The position numbers and the translations under genes are program-made. Source: an uncultured Lachnospiraceae bacterium (lineage in GTDB: Bacteria > Bacillota > Clostridia > Lachnospirales > Lachnospiraceae). From it: a DNA stretch of 64,000 nt. The notes under the pieces are model-generated. The model was not told where the DNA came from, ran no database searches, and saw only the letters and a program-made list of their open reading frames with translations. The DNA lies in assembly GCA_902779445.1 (NCBI GenBank), contig CACZBM010000014.1, positions 8,508-72,507 on the forward strand, written 5' to 3'. Positions 56,708 through 64,000 of this stretch are shown in pieces (the stretch's first letter is position 1; every line of letters begins with the position of its first letter).

Positions 56708-58735
56708 TTATCCCATATCTTGTGTGTCAAGCGGCTCGTTCAGTTCCTCCGCCCCCGGCACCACAAATCTTCCCTCCTGTATCACCGGGTATTCATTTCC
56801 TTCATCATCTATGGAAACTATGGAATCCAGTTCATCATAGGGAATGGTCACATCTGTATGGCACTCAAAGTAATTAAAGCTGTTCCCGGTCTTTCTCTTT
56901 TCCGTATACTCATTATCCCTTGCGATTATCTCCCTGCCGTCAGGATTATAAACCTTTATATCCTCTTCCCTGCTGTAGCATGTGTCCCCGAAAGCAAAGT
57001 GGGGACCGGTCTTCTCCGCGATCAGGATCTCGAGCTTTGAAAAGATATTGTATTTCTTCGCCACACTGTATGCCAGTGTATTGGTGCCTATGGCAAACTC
57101 TCCGACAGGAAGGGTCTCGTGATTATGGAGGATATTCTCCTTGATATAATCCTTATTCTCCTTTTCTGTTTCAAAGTTTGAACAGCTGTATTCCTTTACA
57201 TACCCCTCTTCCACTTCAAACATCAGATCCTCGTATCTGAGCCCGTTTAAGTACACCTCAGAAACATGGAGTACACCCTTTGTATCGGGAAGTGAAGGGC
57301 TTGTGAATACTTCTCCCACCGGGATATTTACGTCAGCAACACAGTTTTCAAACACAGTCTCTTTTTCCCTGTCATTCATCTTGTGTAGGGAAACCGTGAT
57401 ATCTGTTTTATTATCTCCCTTTCCTTTCACCCTTACACGGGTTCCCTTTTCAAGGGTAAGGATCAGCTTCTGCTGTATATCCCTGTATTTATCGTATTCC
57501 AGTGTATTTATCCTGATAGTTTCTTCGAATATCTTCTTGAAGTCAGGACCTATCTTCGGAACCGGATAGGAAATTATCGTATAGGACCTTTCTTCACTGG
57601 GAATGAATCTGTTGGTGATCTTTCCCATATTTCCCGAGAGTTCCAACATTATCTTCTGCTGGGAAGCTGTCATTCTCAATGCTTCTTTCTTAAACACGGG
57701 CGAAAAAGGATCGTCACCGAAAGTCTCCATCACCGCAGGTCCCGCAAATGATGCGGCAAGGGCTCTGTAATCCTCATAGGTGCGCTCGATCACCTCGAGC
57801 TTCCTCTCCATAAAAGCCTTGTCCACAAATATGGCCTTGTCATCCCTGTGGTCAAAATCCATCTGACGGTTAACGTATGCCCCGGAATATCCTACTCTCA
57901 CCACGGAATTCCTGTTTGCAGCATAGAGCGCCCTTCTCATTATGGTGCTCTTTAACCCCATTTTCTCAAAATTCCTGACCGCAGCTCTTATGACCCTTTC
58001 AAAGCCCAGCTCGTATCTGATATTTACGATACTCTTCTTTGAAAGATCCTTTCCGGTAGCAATAAAACCCTTCCTGTATCCTTCCGTGAAAGTCTCAGCC
58101 ATGGCATCTATTTCTGTTTCGGGAAGGGATGCAAGAAATGCAGATACCTTTCTCACGTCATCATCCACGTATTCTCCAAATTTCTCGAGATAAGACAGAT
58201 CCGAAAGATCTTCTTCCATGATTATCCTTGTAGCAAAATCAAGGGACGGATCTATCTGTTCTCTGATCCTCAGTGAAACAGAGTGATCCATATAATCATA
58301 TACAAAGCTCTTTATAACGTCCTTAACACTCTGAAGCTCAGGCTTTTTACCCTTTTCTGCTGAAAGATAGAGGCAGTACAGCTCAATAAAAGTTTCCAGA
58401 AGGATGACCTCGTCAAAAAGCTTCTTTTCTGCCCTGAAAGGAATGATATTTAAGGATTCATAAGAAAGGAATGAAAGGAGTTGCCCGTATCCGTCCCCCA
58501 GTTTTTTCACTGCATAGGAAGGGTTTCTGAAGCTCTCCTCATACTTTTCCGGAAGAGCATCTTCATACGAAGGTGACAGGAAGAATTCTGCACCAAGCCT
58601 GAAATACTCCTCTTCTCCGCCTTCAAGCGCCTTTTCAGACCGTATATCTTTTATCCTGCCGAAAGCCAGCTCATGCCGGAGCAGAAGATCCTCATCAAAT
58701 AAACCCTCACCACGGTAATCCGGCAAATCCCACAT
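56708..58735 (-). CDS. aminopeptidase-like protein (M29/AmpS-like C-terminal region, long unassigned N-terminal region)
   Basis: GEFAIGTN and TGPHFAFGDTCY in the C-terminal third recall thermophilic metalloprotease M29 motifs. The first roughly 330 aa are not recognised. Confidence 0.5.
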   Translation of the reverse strand: MWDLPDYRGEGLFDEDLLLRHELAFGRIKDIRSEKALEGGEEEYFRLGAEFFLSPSYEDALPEKYEESFRNPSYAVKKLGDGYGQLLSFLSYESLNIIPFRAEKKLFDEVILLETFIELYCLYLSAEKGKKPELQSVKDVIKSFVYDYMDHSVSLRIREQIDPSLDFATRIIMEEDLSDLSYLEKFGEYVDDDVRKVSAFLASLPETEIDAMAETFTEGYRKGFIATGKDLSKKSIVNIRYELGFERVIRAAVRNFEKMGLKSTIMRRALYAANRNSVVRVGYSGAYVNRQMDFDHRDDKAIFVDKAFMERKLEVIERTYEDYRALAASFAGPAVMETFGDDPFSPVFKKEALRMTASQQKIMLELSGNMGKITNRFIPSEERSYTIISYPVPKIGPDFKKIFEETIRINTLEYDKYRDIQQKLILTLEKGTRVRVKGKGDNKTDITVSLHKMNDREKETVFENCVADVNIPVGEVFTSPSLPDTKGVLHVSEVYLNGLRYEDLMFEVEEGYVKEYSCSNFETEKENKDYIKENILHNHETLPVGEFAIGTNTLAYSVAKKYNIFSKLEILIAEKTGPHFAFGDTCYSREEDIKVYNPDGREIIARDNEYTEKRKTGNSFNYFECHTDVTIPYDELDSIVSIDDEGNEYPVIQEGRFVVPGAEELNEPLDTQDMG

Positions 58736-59033
58736 ATATTACTCCTCCCCAGAGAATCACAGTTAAGAATGATACTATCGTTCCCAGCCACGGGAAAAAC
58801 CTGAATGTCTCTTTTTCCGTGAGGCTAAGGATTCCTGTTACAACGCCTGCGATACTGAAAAGACAGGAAATAAAGCCCACTGCACCCTGACGTGCATCAG
58901 CTTTACCCCCTGCCTTCAATACAAAAGAAAGAACCGCGCAGAAAGACACCAGGGAAATAAGCCCCGAGATAAATGAAGCAATGCCCTTATATGATGTCTT
59001 TTTACTGGTAAAAAGATATTTTCTGGTGAACAT
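58707..59033 (-). CDS. small membrane protein (108 aa, 3-4 TM)
   Basis: The TM segments include GIASFISGLISLVSFCAVLSFVL, FISCLFSIAGVVTGILSL and LGTIVSFLTVILWGGVIYVGF. Overlaps the downstream gene by 29 nt. Confidence 0.5.
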   Translation of the reverse strand: MFTRKYLFTSKKTSYKGIASFISGLISLVSFCAVLSFVLKAGGKADARQGAVGFISCLFSIAGVVTGILSLTEKETFRFFPWLGTIVSFLTVILWGGVIYVGFAGLPW

Positions 59034-59035
59034 TT

Positions 59036-59194
59036 TCAGAAGATCACCTTTGATTTTCCGGCCATCAGCTTACCGCCTGAAATGAGGAGCAGTACTCCGC
59101 TGATGATACCGATGACAAGCATCAATATACCGAGAGTAATGCTTACTGCTCCGGAAAATCTCATATTTCTGTAGATCAGTTCGTTATTATCCAT
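59036..59194 (-). CDS. small membrane protein (52 aa), not in the ORF track
   Basis: My own translation is MDNNELIYRNMRFSGAVSITLGILMLVIGIISGVLLLISGGKLMAGKSKVIF*. AAGGAG lies 6 nt upstream of the ATG. The stop is 2 nt before the next start. Confidence 0.4.
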   Translation of the reverse strand: MDNNELIYRNMRFSGAVSITLGILMLVIGIISGVLLLISGGKLMAGKSKVIF

Positions 59195-59214
59195 GTTGTC
59201 TCCTTTGTCTTGTT

Positions 59215-59273
59215 GTCATCCTGATGGCTTGCCCGAAGGACCTGTATAGATTCTTCGCTTCGCTCAGAATGAC
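59215..59273. repeat. palindromic repeat family 1, single hairpin unit (variant arm)
   Basis: gtcatcctgatggcttgcccgaaggacc-tgtat-agattcttcgcttcgctcagaatgac. Confidence 0.75.
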
Positions 59274-59283
59274 ACCGGGTACT

Positions 59284-59958
59284 CTATTTCGCGCCGTATT
59301 TTTCGTAGTAATCGTCAATGGCTTTTTTGAGGGTGTCGTCGATCACTTTCTTTCCCTTTACCTCATTATTCATAAGGTATTCTATGACTTCCGACATCTT
59401 TACGATCGAAACTGTCTTAAATCCGTACTTTTCCTCTATCTCGGAAAGGGCCGACTTTTCTCCCTCTCCCCTCTCTTCCCTGTCAACGGAAACACAGAGT
59501 CCAAGGATCTCCACATTTCCCTGTGCCTGTAATATGGGAAGAGTCTCTCTTATGGAGGTTCCTGCGGTCGTCACGTCTTCGATGATCACAACCTTATCTC
59601 CGTCCCCGATGGGTCCGCCGAGAAGTATCCCCTTATCTCCGTGGTCCTTTATCTCCTTACGGTTACTGGCATATCTTATCTCTTTACCGTAATCTCCGCT
59701 GATCGCTATCACCGTCGCAGTGGAGAGGGGGATCCCTTTATAGGCCGGTCCGAAGAGTACATCAAAATCATCCCCGAAAGCGTCATGAATAGCCCTCGCG
59801 TAATAGTGTCCAAGCTTTTCTAACTGTGCTCCGGTCCTGTAAAATCCCGTGTTCACAAAGAAAGGCGTGTTTCTTCCGCTCTTTGTAACGAAGTCTCCGA
59901 ACTTCAGCACTTCCGAATCCAGCATGAATTCGATAAATTCTTCTTTATATCTTTCCAT
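59284..59958 (-). CDS. pyrE: orotate phosphoribosyltransferase
   Basis: The PRPP-binding motif VVIIEDVTTAGTSIRE. 224 aa. Confidence 0.9.
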   Translation of the reverse strand: MERYKEEFIEFMLDSEVLKFGDFVTKSGRNTPFFVNTGFYRTGAQLEKLGHYYARAIHDAFGDDFDVLFGPAYKGIPLSTATVIAISGDYGKEIRYASNRKEIKDHGDKGILLGGPIGDGDKVVIIEDVTTAGTSIRETLPILQAQGNVEILGLCVSVDREERGEGEKSALSEIEEKYGFKTVSIVKMSEVIEYLMNNEVKGKKVIDDTLKKAIDDYYEKYGAK

Positions 59959-60003
59959 TATCCGTGTCCTTTCTTTTAAAGCCTTCTCCCTCTGGAAATT
60001 GGT

Positions 60004-60178
60004 GTCATTCTGAGATCCTTCGTGCTAAAGCCCTCAGGATGACAACGGGGTGTCATTCTGAGTTTCTCAGTGTCATTCTGAGCGAAGCGAAGAATCTCTA
60101 AATATAGATCCTTCGGGCTGAAGCCCTCAGGATGACATCTTTAAGCTGGTGTCATTCTGAGCGAAGCGAAGAATCTCT
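60004..60178. repeat. palindromic repeat family 1 cluster (four units), preceded by a family 2 fragment at 59981-59995
   Basis: The units are at 60004-60043 (short hairpin), 60052-60070 (mini hairpin ctgag-ttt-ctcag), 60072-60136 (full hairpin) and 60151-60178 (half unit overlapping the pyrF 3' end). Confidence 0.85.
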
Positions 60179-61084
60179 GAGATCTTCTATCATATCAACA
60201 ACCGCTTCCCTGGCGGCATCTGCGTAAGTCTCTCCGTCAAATCTGTCCTTATAAGGTTCCTTCGTATAGGCTGCTATTATCCCTCTCGAAGAGTTGACTA
60301 TCGCTCCCAGGCCGTCCTTATTGAAGTAATCCCTGATATCCTCAGCAGTCCCTCCCTGGGCACCGTATCCCGGCACCAGGATATAGGTGTGCGGCATGAG
60401 TTTTCTCAAAGCTCTTCCGATTTCAGGGTATGTGGCTCCCACAACGGCCCCCACATTGGAGTAGCCATCTTCCATGGAACTGCTTCCCCACTTGTCAACA
60501 TACTCCGCCATCACTTCATAAACCGGTTTTCCGTCGGTTTCTCTGTCCTGTAGTTCTCCGCTTGACTTATTACTGGTCTTTACCAGTACAAAGATGCCTC
60601 TGTCACTCTCTTTACAGACATTTATAAAAGGCTCAACTCCGTCACTTCCGAGATAAGGATTCACAGTGCAGAAGTTTTCATTGAACGGACTGAACTTTCT
60701 GCTTCCGATCTCGATCTCACCTATATGCGCCTTTGCATATGACGCGGAAGTGTTTCCTATATCACCTCTTTTGATGTCTCCGATAACCAGAAGTCCCTTT
60801 TCATGGCAGTAGTCTACAGTATCCTTAAATGCCTTAAGTCCCGGAATACCGAACTGCTCATACATGGCTATCTGGGGTTTTACAGCAGGGATCAGGTCAT
60901 ATGTCGCATCCACTATTCCTTTATTGAATTCAAATATAGCCTTTCCCGCTCCCTCGGGAGTCTCTCCCAGTTCATCAAAGGCCCTTTTCTTTATGCCTTC
61001 CGGCACGAATGAAAGATTTGGATCCAGTCCCACACATATGGGGGCTCCGGTCTTCTGTATCTTTTTAATTAGTTTTCCGATCAT
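60152..61084 (-). CDS. pyrF: orotidine 5'-phosphate decarboxylase (long type 2)
   Basis: ICVGLDPN, GDIKRGDIGNT and 310 aa. The last 8 codons plus the stop (RDSSLRSE*) are encoded by repeat family 1. Confidence 0.9.
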   Translation of the reverse strand: MIGKLIKKIQKTGAPICVGLDPNLSFVPEGIKKRAFDELGETPEGAGKAIFEFNKGIVDATYDLIPAVKPQIAMYEQFGIPGLKAFKDTVDYCHEKGLLVIGDIKRGDIGNTSASYAKAHIGEIEIGSRKFSPFNENFCTVNPYLGSDGVEPFINVCKESDRGIFVLVKTSNKSSGELQDRETDGKPVYEVMAEYVDKWGSSSMEDGYSNVGAVVGATYPEIGRALRKLMPHTYILVPGYGAQGGTAEDIRDYFNKDGLGAIVNSSRGIIAAYTKEPYKDRFDGETYADAAREAVVDMIEDLRDSSLRSE

Positions 61085-61105
61085 GCGAATTCTCTCTTTC
61101 TCAAT

Positions 61106-61263
61106 GTCTTTAAGCTAGTGTCATTCTGAGCGAAGCGAAGAATCTCTAAATATAGATCTTTCGGGCTGAAGCCCTCAGGATGATGTCTTTAAGCTAGTGT
61201 CATTCTGAGCGAAGCGAAGAATCTCTAAATATAGATCCTTCGGGCTGAAGCCCTCAGGATGAC
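61106..61263. repeat. palindromic repeat family 1: two tandem 79-bp full units
   Basis: gtctttaagctagtgtcattctgagcgaagcgaagaatctctaaatatagatcYttcgggctgaagccctcaggatgaY occurs at 61106-61184 and 61185-61263, with 2 mismatches. Confidence 0.9.
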
Positions 61264-61275
61264 ATCGCTCTTATT

Positions 61276-62331
61276 TTATCTCGTCCTCAAAAATTTATAC
61301 TCTCTCTGTGCTGCCTCGTCATCAGGGTACTTCTTCAGATAAGCTTCCATCAGCACTGCCGCCTTCTTAAAATCAGAAAGATGCTCGTAAGCCACTATCT
61401 GGTTAAAAAGAAGTGACTGCTCAATCTCGCTGTCGCCAAGGCTTAATCCCGTTTCAAATGCCTCAAGGGCAGCCTCGTAGTCCCCCGTATCCATTTCGCA
61501 GATACCAAGCTGGTTATATATATCCACATTTCCCTGATTGTCTTCCAGATATGTCTTATAAAGAGAAGCTGCGTAGGACTTGTCTCCCAGTGCCTCATAG
61601 GTCTTTCCGAGCCAGAGTATCAGAGCAGGGTTCGATCCGTCACCCCTCGCAGATTCCAGGTTTGTCTTAGCTTCATCATATTCACCCATGAAGTAATATA
61701 ACTTGCCCTTCTGGAAATCATTTATCTTCGTTAGCTCCATGGCTTTCTTCAGGAAAACATCTCCCTCATCCGAGAGTCCGGCGTTAACCACACATTCATA
61801 GATATCGATATAGAGATCCGGATCATCCTTCTTTAAGGCAATGGCAGAATTAAAATCCCTTATGGCTTCATCATTCTCTCCGAGAGCGAGCTCTGCCTTT
61901 CCTCTCAGGAAATATGCATCCGGGTTTTCACTTTTTAAATTTATGATCGCGGTACAGGTGTCTTTACTGGACTCAGGATTTCCATTCCTGAATTCCGCCA
62001 CTGCGAGATAAAACGCTGTGTCCAGTTCCAGCTCGTCAATCCTGCCGTCGGAACTCTGAAGTGAAGACTGGAGCGCTTCCTCCGCTTCAGCGTAGTCAGC
62101 CATACCCATGTATGCAATACCCTCTCCACGGTAAATATCCTGGGGATCAAGCTTATTTTCACTTGCTGTATTAAAGAATTCCAGTGCCTTGGTATAATCC
62201 TTTTCCTCAATGGCTTTATATCCGAGGGCCAGGGAATCTTCCTCCGGTGTAACTGCACACCCGGCAAGAACGCCGATCATAACCGCTGCCAATAAAGTAT
62301 TTAATGATTTTTTCAAAAGATCTGTTTTCAT
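61276..62331 (-). CDS. TPR-repeat lipoprotein
   Basis: Lipobox IGVLAGCAV. Multiple 34-aa TPR-like repeats (Y..A...F..A pattern) throughout. Confidence 0.7.
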   Translation of the reverse strand: MKTDLLKKSLNTLLAAVMIGVLAGCAVTPEEDSLALGYKAIEEKDYTKALEFFNTASENKLDPQDIYRGEGIAYMGMADYAEAEEALQSSLQSSDGRIDELELDTAFYLAVAEFRNGNPESSKDTCTAIINLKSENPDAYFLRGKAELALGENDEAIRDFNSAIALKKDDPDLYIDIYECVVNAGLSDEGDVFLKKAMELTKINDFQKGKLYYFMGEYDEAKTNLESARGDGSNPALILWLGKTYEALGDKSYAASLYKTYLEDNQGNVDIYNQLGICEMDTGDYEAALEAFETGLSLGDSEIEQSLLFNQIVAYEHLSDFKKAAVLMEAYLKKYPDDEAAQREYKFLRTR

Positions 62332-62368
62332 ATAGAGTGATTATAGAATAAAACCCTAAAAAAAGTAA

Positions 62369-63445
62369 CTACGAGTTTTCTTCAAGCGAAGCCAGCTTTT
62401 CCGCCATGTCCGCACCTGTCAGAGGTTCCACCACCTGGTCTAAGTCCCCTTCCAGTACCTTTTCAAGGGAGTAGAGTGTAAGCCCTATCCTGTGATCCGT
62501 TATCCTGGACTGGGGGAAATTATAGGTTCTGATCTTTTCAGACCTGTCTCCGGTTCCCACCTGGGACTTACGAAGTGATGCTTCTTCCTCGTGGGCCTTT
62601 TCCTTATTTAAGTCATATAGCTTTGCCCGGAGTACTTTAAATGCCTTTGCCTTATTCTTTATCTGGGATTTCTCATCCTGGCAGGATATCACTATCCCTG
62701 TGGGAATGTGGGTAAGCCTTACCGCGGAATCTGTGGTATTTACACACTGTCCGCCATTTCCGGATGCCCTGAACACATCTATACGGCAGTCCTTCGGATC
62801 TATCTCCACTTCCACCTCGGTTTTTTCAGGCATGATGGCAACTGTCACCGTAGAAGTATGGATCCTTCCGCCCGACTCGGTTTCCGGAACCCTCTGCACC
62901 CTGTGGACTCCGCTCTCATACTTAAATCTGGAATAGGCACCCTTTCCGTTTATCATAAAGCTCACATATTTAAAACCTCCGATCCCCGTGTCTTCAAGAT
63001 CGGTGGTCTCGACTGAGAACCTGTTCTTTTCTGCGTATTTCACATACATGCGGTAGAGATCCGATGCGAACAGTGCAGCCTCGTCGCCTCCGGCTCCCGC
63101 TCTTATCTCCACGATCACGTTTCTTTCATCATCCGCATCTTTGGGGATCAGCATGAGCTTAAGCTCTTTTTCAAGCTCAGGTCTCTTCTTTAATGCTTCG
63201 TTGTACTCTTCTTTTGCAAGGCTCTTTAATTCGGGATCATCTTCTGTCTTCATCATCTCTCCCGATTCTTCGATAGCCTTCTCATTGTCTTCATATGCCT
63301 TATAAGCTTCCACAATGGGTAAGAGCCGGCCCTGTTCCTTTAAGAGTTCCATATACTGCCCGGAATCGTCCGCTGTTCCCGGATTATTAAGTCTCTCTGT
63401 TATCTCTTCGTACTTGAGTACGGTTTCTTTCAGCTTTTCAAACAT
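62369..63445 (-). CDS. prfA: peptide chain release factor 1
   Basis: SGNGGQCVNTTDSAVRLTHIPTG (GGQ motif), the PET-type RF1 tripeptide region RVPETE, and 358 aa. Confidence 0.95.
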   Translation of the reverse strand: MFEKLKETVLKYEEITERLNNPGTADDSGQYMELLKEQGRLLPIVEAYKAYEDNEKAIEESGEMMKTEDDPELKSLAKEEYNEALKKRPELEKELKLMLIPKDADDERNVIVEIRAGAGGDEAALFASDLYRMYVKYAEKNRFSVETTDLEDTGIGGFKYVSFMINGKGAYSRFKYESGVHRVQRVPETESGGRIHTSTVTVAIMPEKTEVEVEIDPKDCRIDVFRASGNGGQCVNTTDSAVRLTHIPTGIVISCQDEKSQIKNKAKAFKVLRAKLYDLNKEKAHEEEASLRKSQVGTGDRSEKIRTYNFPQSRITDHRIGLTLYSLEKVLEGDLDQVVEPLTGADMAEKLASLEENS

Positions 63446-64000
63446 TTCACTACTCTTTCATTACCTGAATAATCTTTAAGGACCCTGATATGTCCGTATC
63501 CTTCTTCTTTCAGGATCCGGGAGACATCTTCTCCCTGGTCATATCCGATCTCCAGTATCAGCGCTCCTCCGTATACAAGGTGTTCCTTTGCGCCTTCCGC
63601 TATCTTTCTGTAAAAGAAAAGGCCGTCCTCCCCGCCGTCAAGGGCGGCATGAGGCTCATGAAGCCTCACTTCCTCCATCAGACCGTCTATTTCCCCGCTT
63701 CTTATATACGGCGGGTTGCAGAGGATAAAATCGTACTTTTCCTGTATCTCAGTAAACAGATCACTATGTACGAATCTCGCATTACTGATGCCGAGGTTTT
63801 CTGCATTCTTCCCTGCGAGCTCCAGCGCATGATCTGAAATATCCGCTCCGACTCCGTTGATATCATTCTTATATTTCATAATAGAAAGCAGTATACAACC
63901 GCTTCCCGTACACATGTCCAGGACATCAGCCCCGTCATTTATATCTATAAGAGCTTCCTCCACCAGAAATTCCGTATCTATTCTGGGGATCAGCACCTTA
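63430..64000 (-). CDS. prmC: release-factor glutamine methyltransferase PrmC/HemK (partial, N-terminus beyond window end)
   Basis: SAM motif DMCTGSGCI and catalytic NPPY. Overlaps the prfA start by 16 nt. The frame stays open to the window edge. Confidence 0.85.
   Translation of the reverse strand, partial: KVLIPRIDTEFLVEEALIDINDGADVLDMCTGSGCILLSIMKYKNDINGVGADISDHALELAGKNAENLGISNARFVHSDLFTEIQEKYDFILCNPPYIRSGEIDGLMEEVRLHEPHAALDGGEDGLFFYRKIAEGAKEHLVYGGALILEIGYDQGEDVSRILKEEGYGHIRVLKDYSGNERVVKCLKS

Overview
This 64 kb window looks like a chromosomal segment of a mid-GC Firmicute. Gene content and order resemble Clostridia/Lachnospiraceae, but that assignment is inference only. I call about 57 protein genes, and all but one (a MATE exporter) lie on the minus strand. 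There are three tRNAs (Leu, Arg, Trp), none with an encoded CCA.

Core blocks, listed in coordinate order (this is the reverse of the minus-strand transcription order):
- aspA, then a secreted S8 peptidase and other secreted or surface proteins around tRNA-Leu.
- A CUT2-type ABC importer with a lipoprotein binding protein, then gdhA.
- efp, aroQ-aroK-aroE, a yqeG-like HAD phosphatase, and nrdR.
- A trimmed dcw cluster: ftsZ-ftsQ-ftsW-murD-mraY-pbp-ftsL-rsmH-mraZ.
- purL preceded by two unknown genes and an NhaC-type antiporter.
- radA, a 137-aa unknown and clpC.
- purD-purN-purM-purE, pyrE and pyrF, then prfA-prmC.

No transposase, integrase, CRISPR array, rRNA or recognisable defence system is visible.

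Non-coding structure is rich. One palindromic repeat family (GTCATYCTGAG...GAAGRATC) occurs at 6 or more intergenic loci. One copy shows an insertion signature, one locus has 5 x 29 bp tandem units, and copies bracket pyrE and pyrF. A second composite palindrome family occurs at 2-3 loci.

Best leads:
1. A double-glycine-leader Cys4 zinc-ribbon peptide co-transcribed with a His/Cys-rich 10-TM permease, with no C39/ABC exporter nearby.
2. A C9 tract inside a promoter spacer upstream of a surface-protein gene.
3. A tRNA-Leu that reads as anticodon AAG.
4. A duplicated tRNA 3' end that resembles an att scar.
5. Tightly coupled unknown genes embedded in the purL, purD and clpC-radA operons.

All family names come from motif recognition by eye. 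No searches were run.
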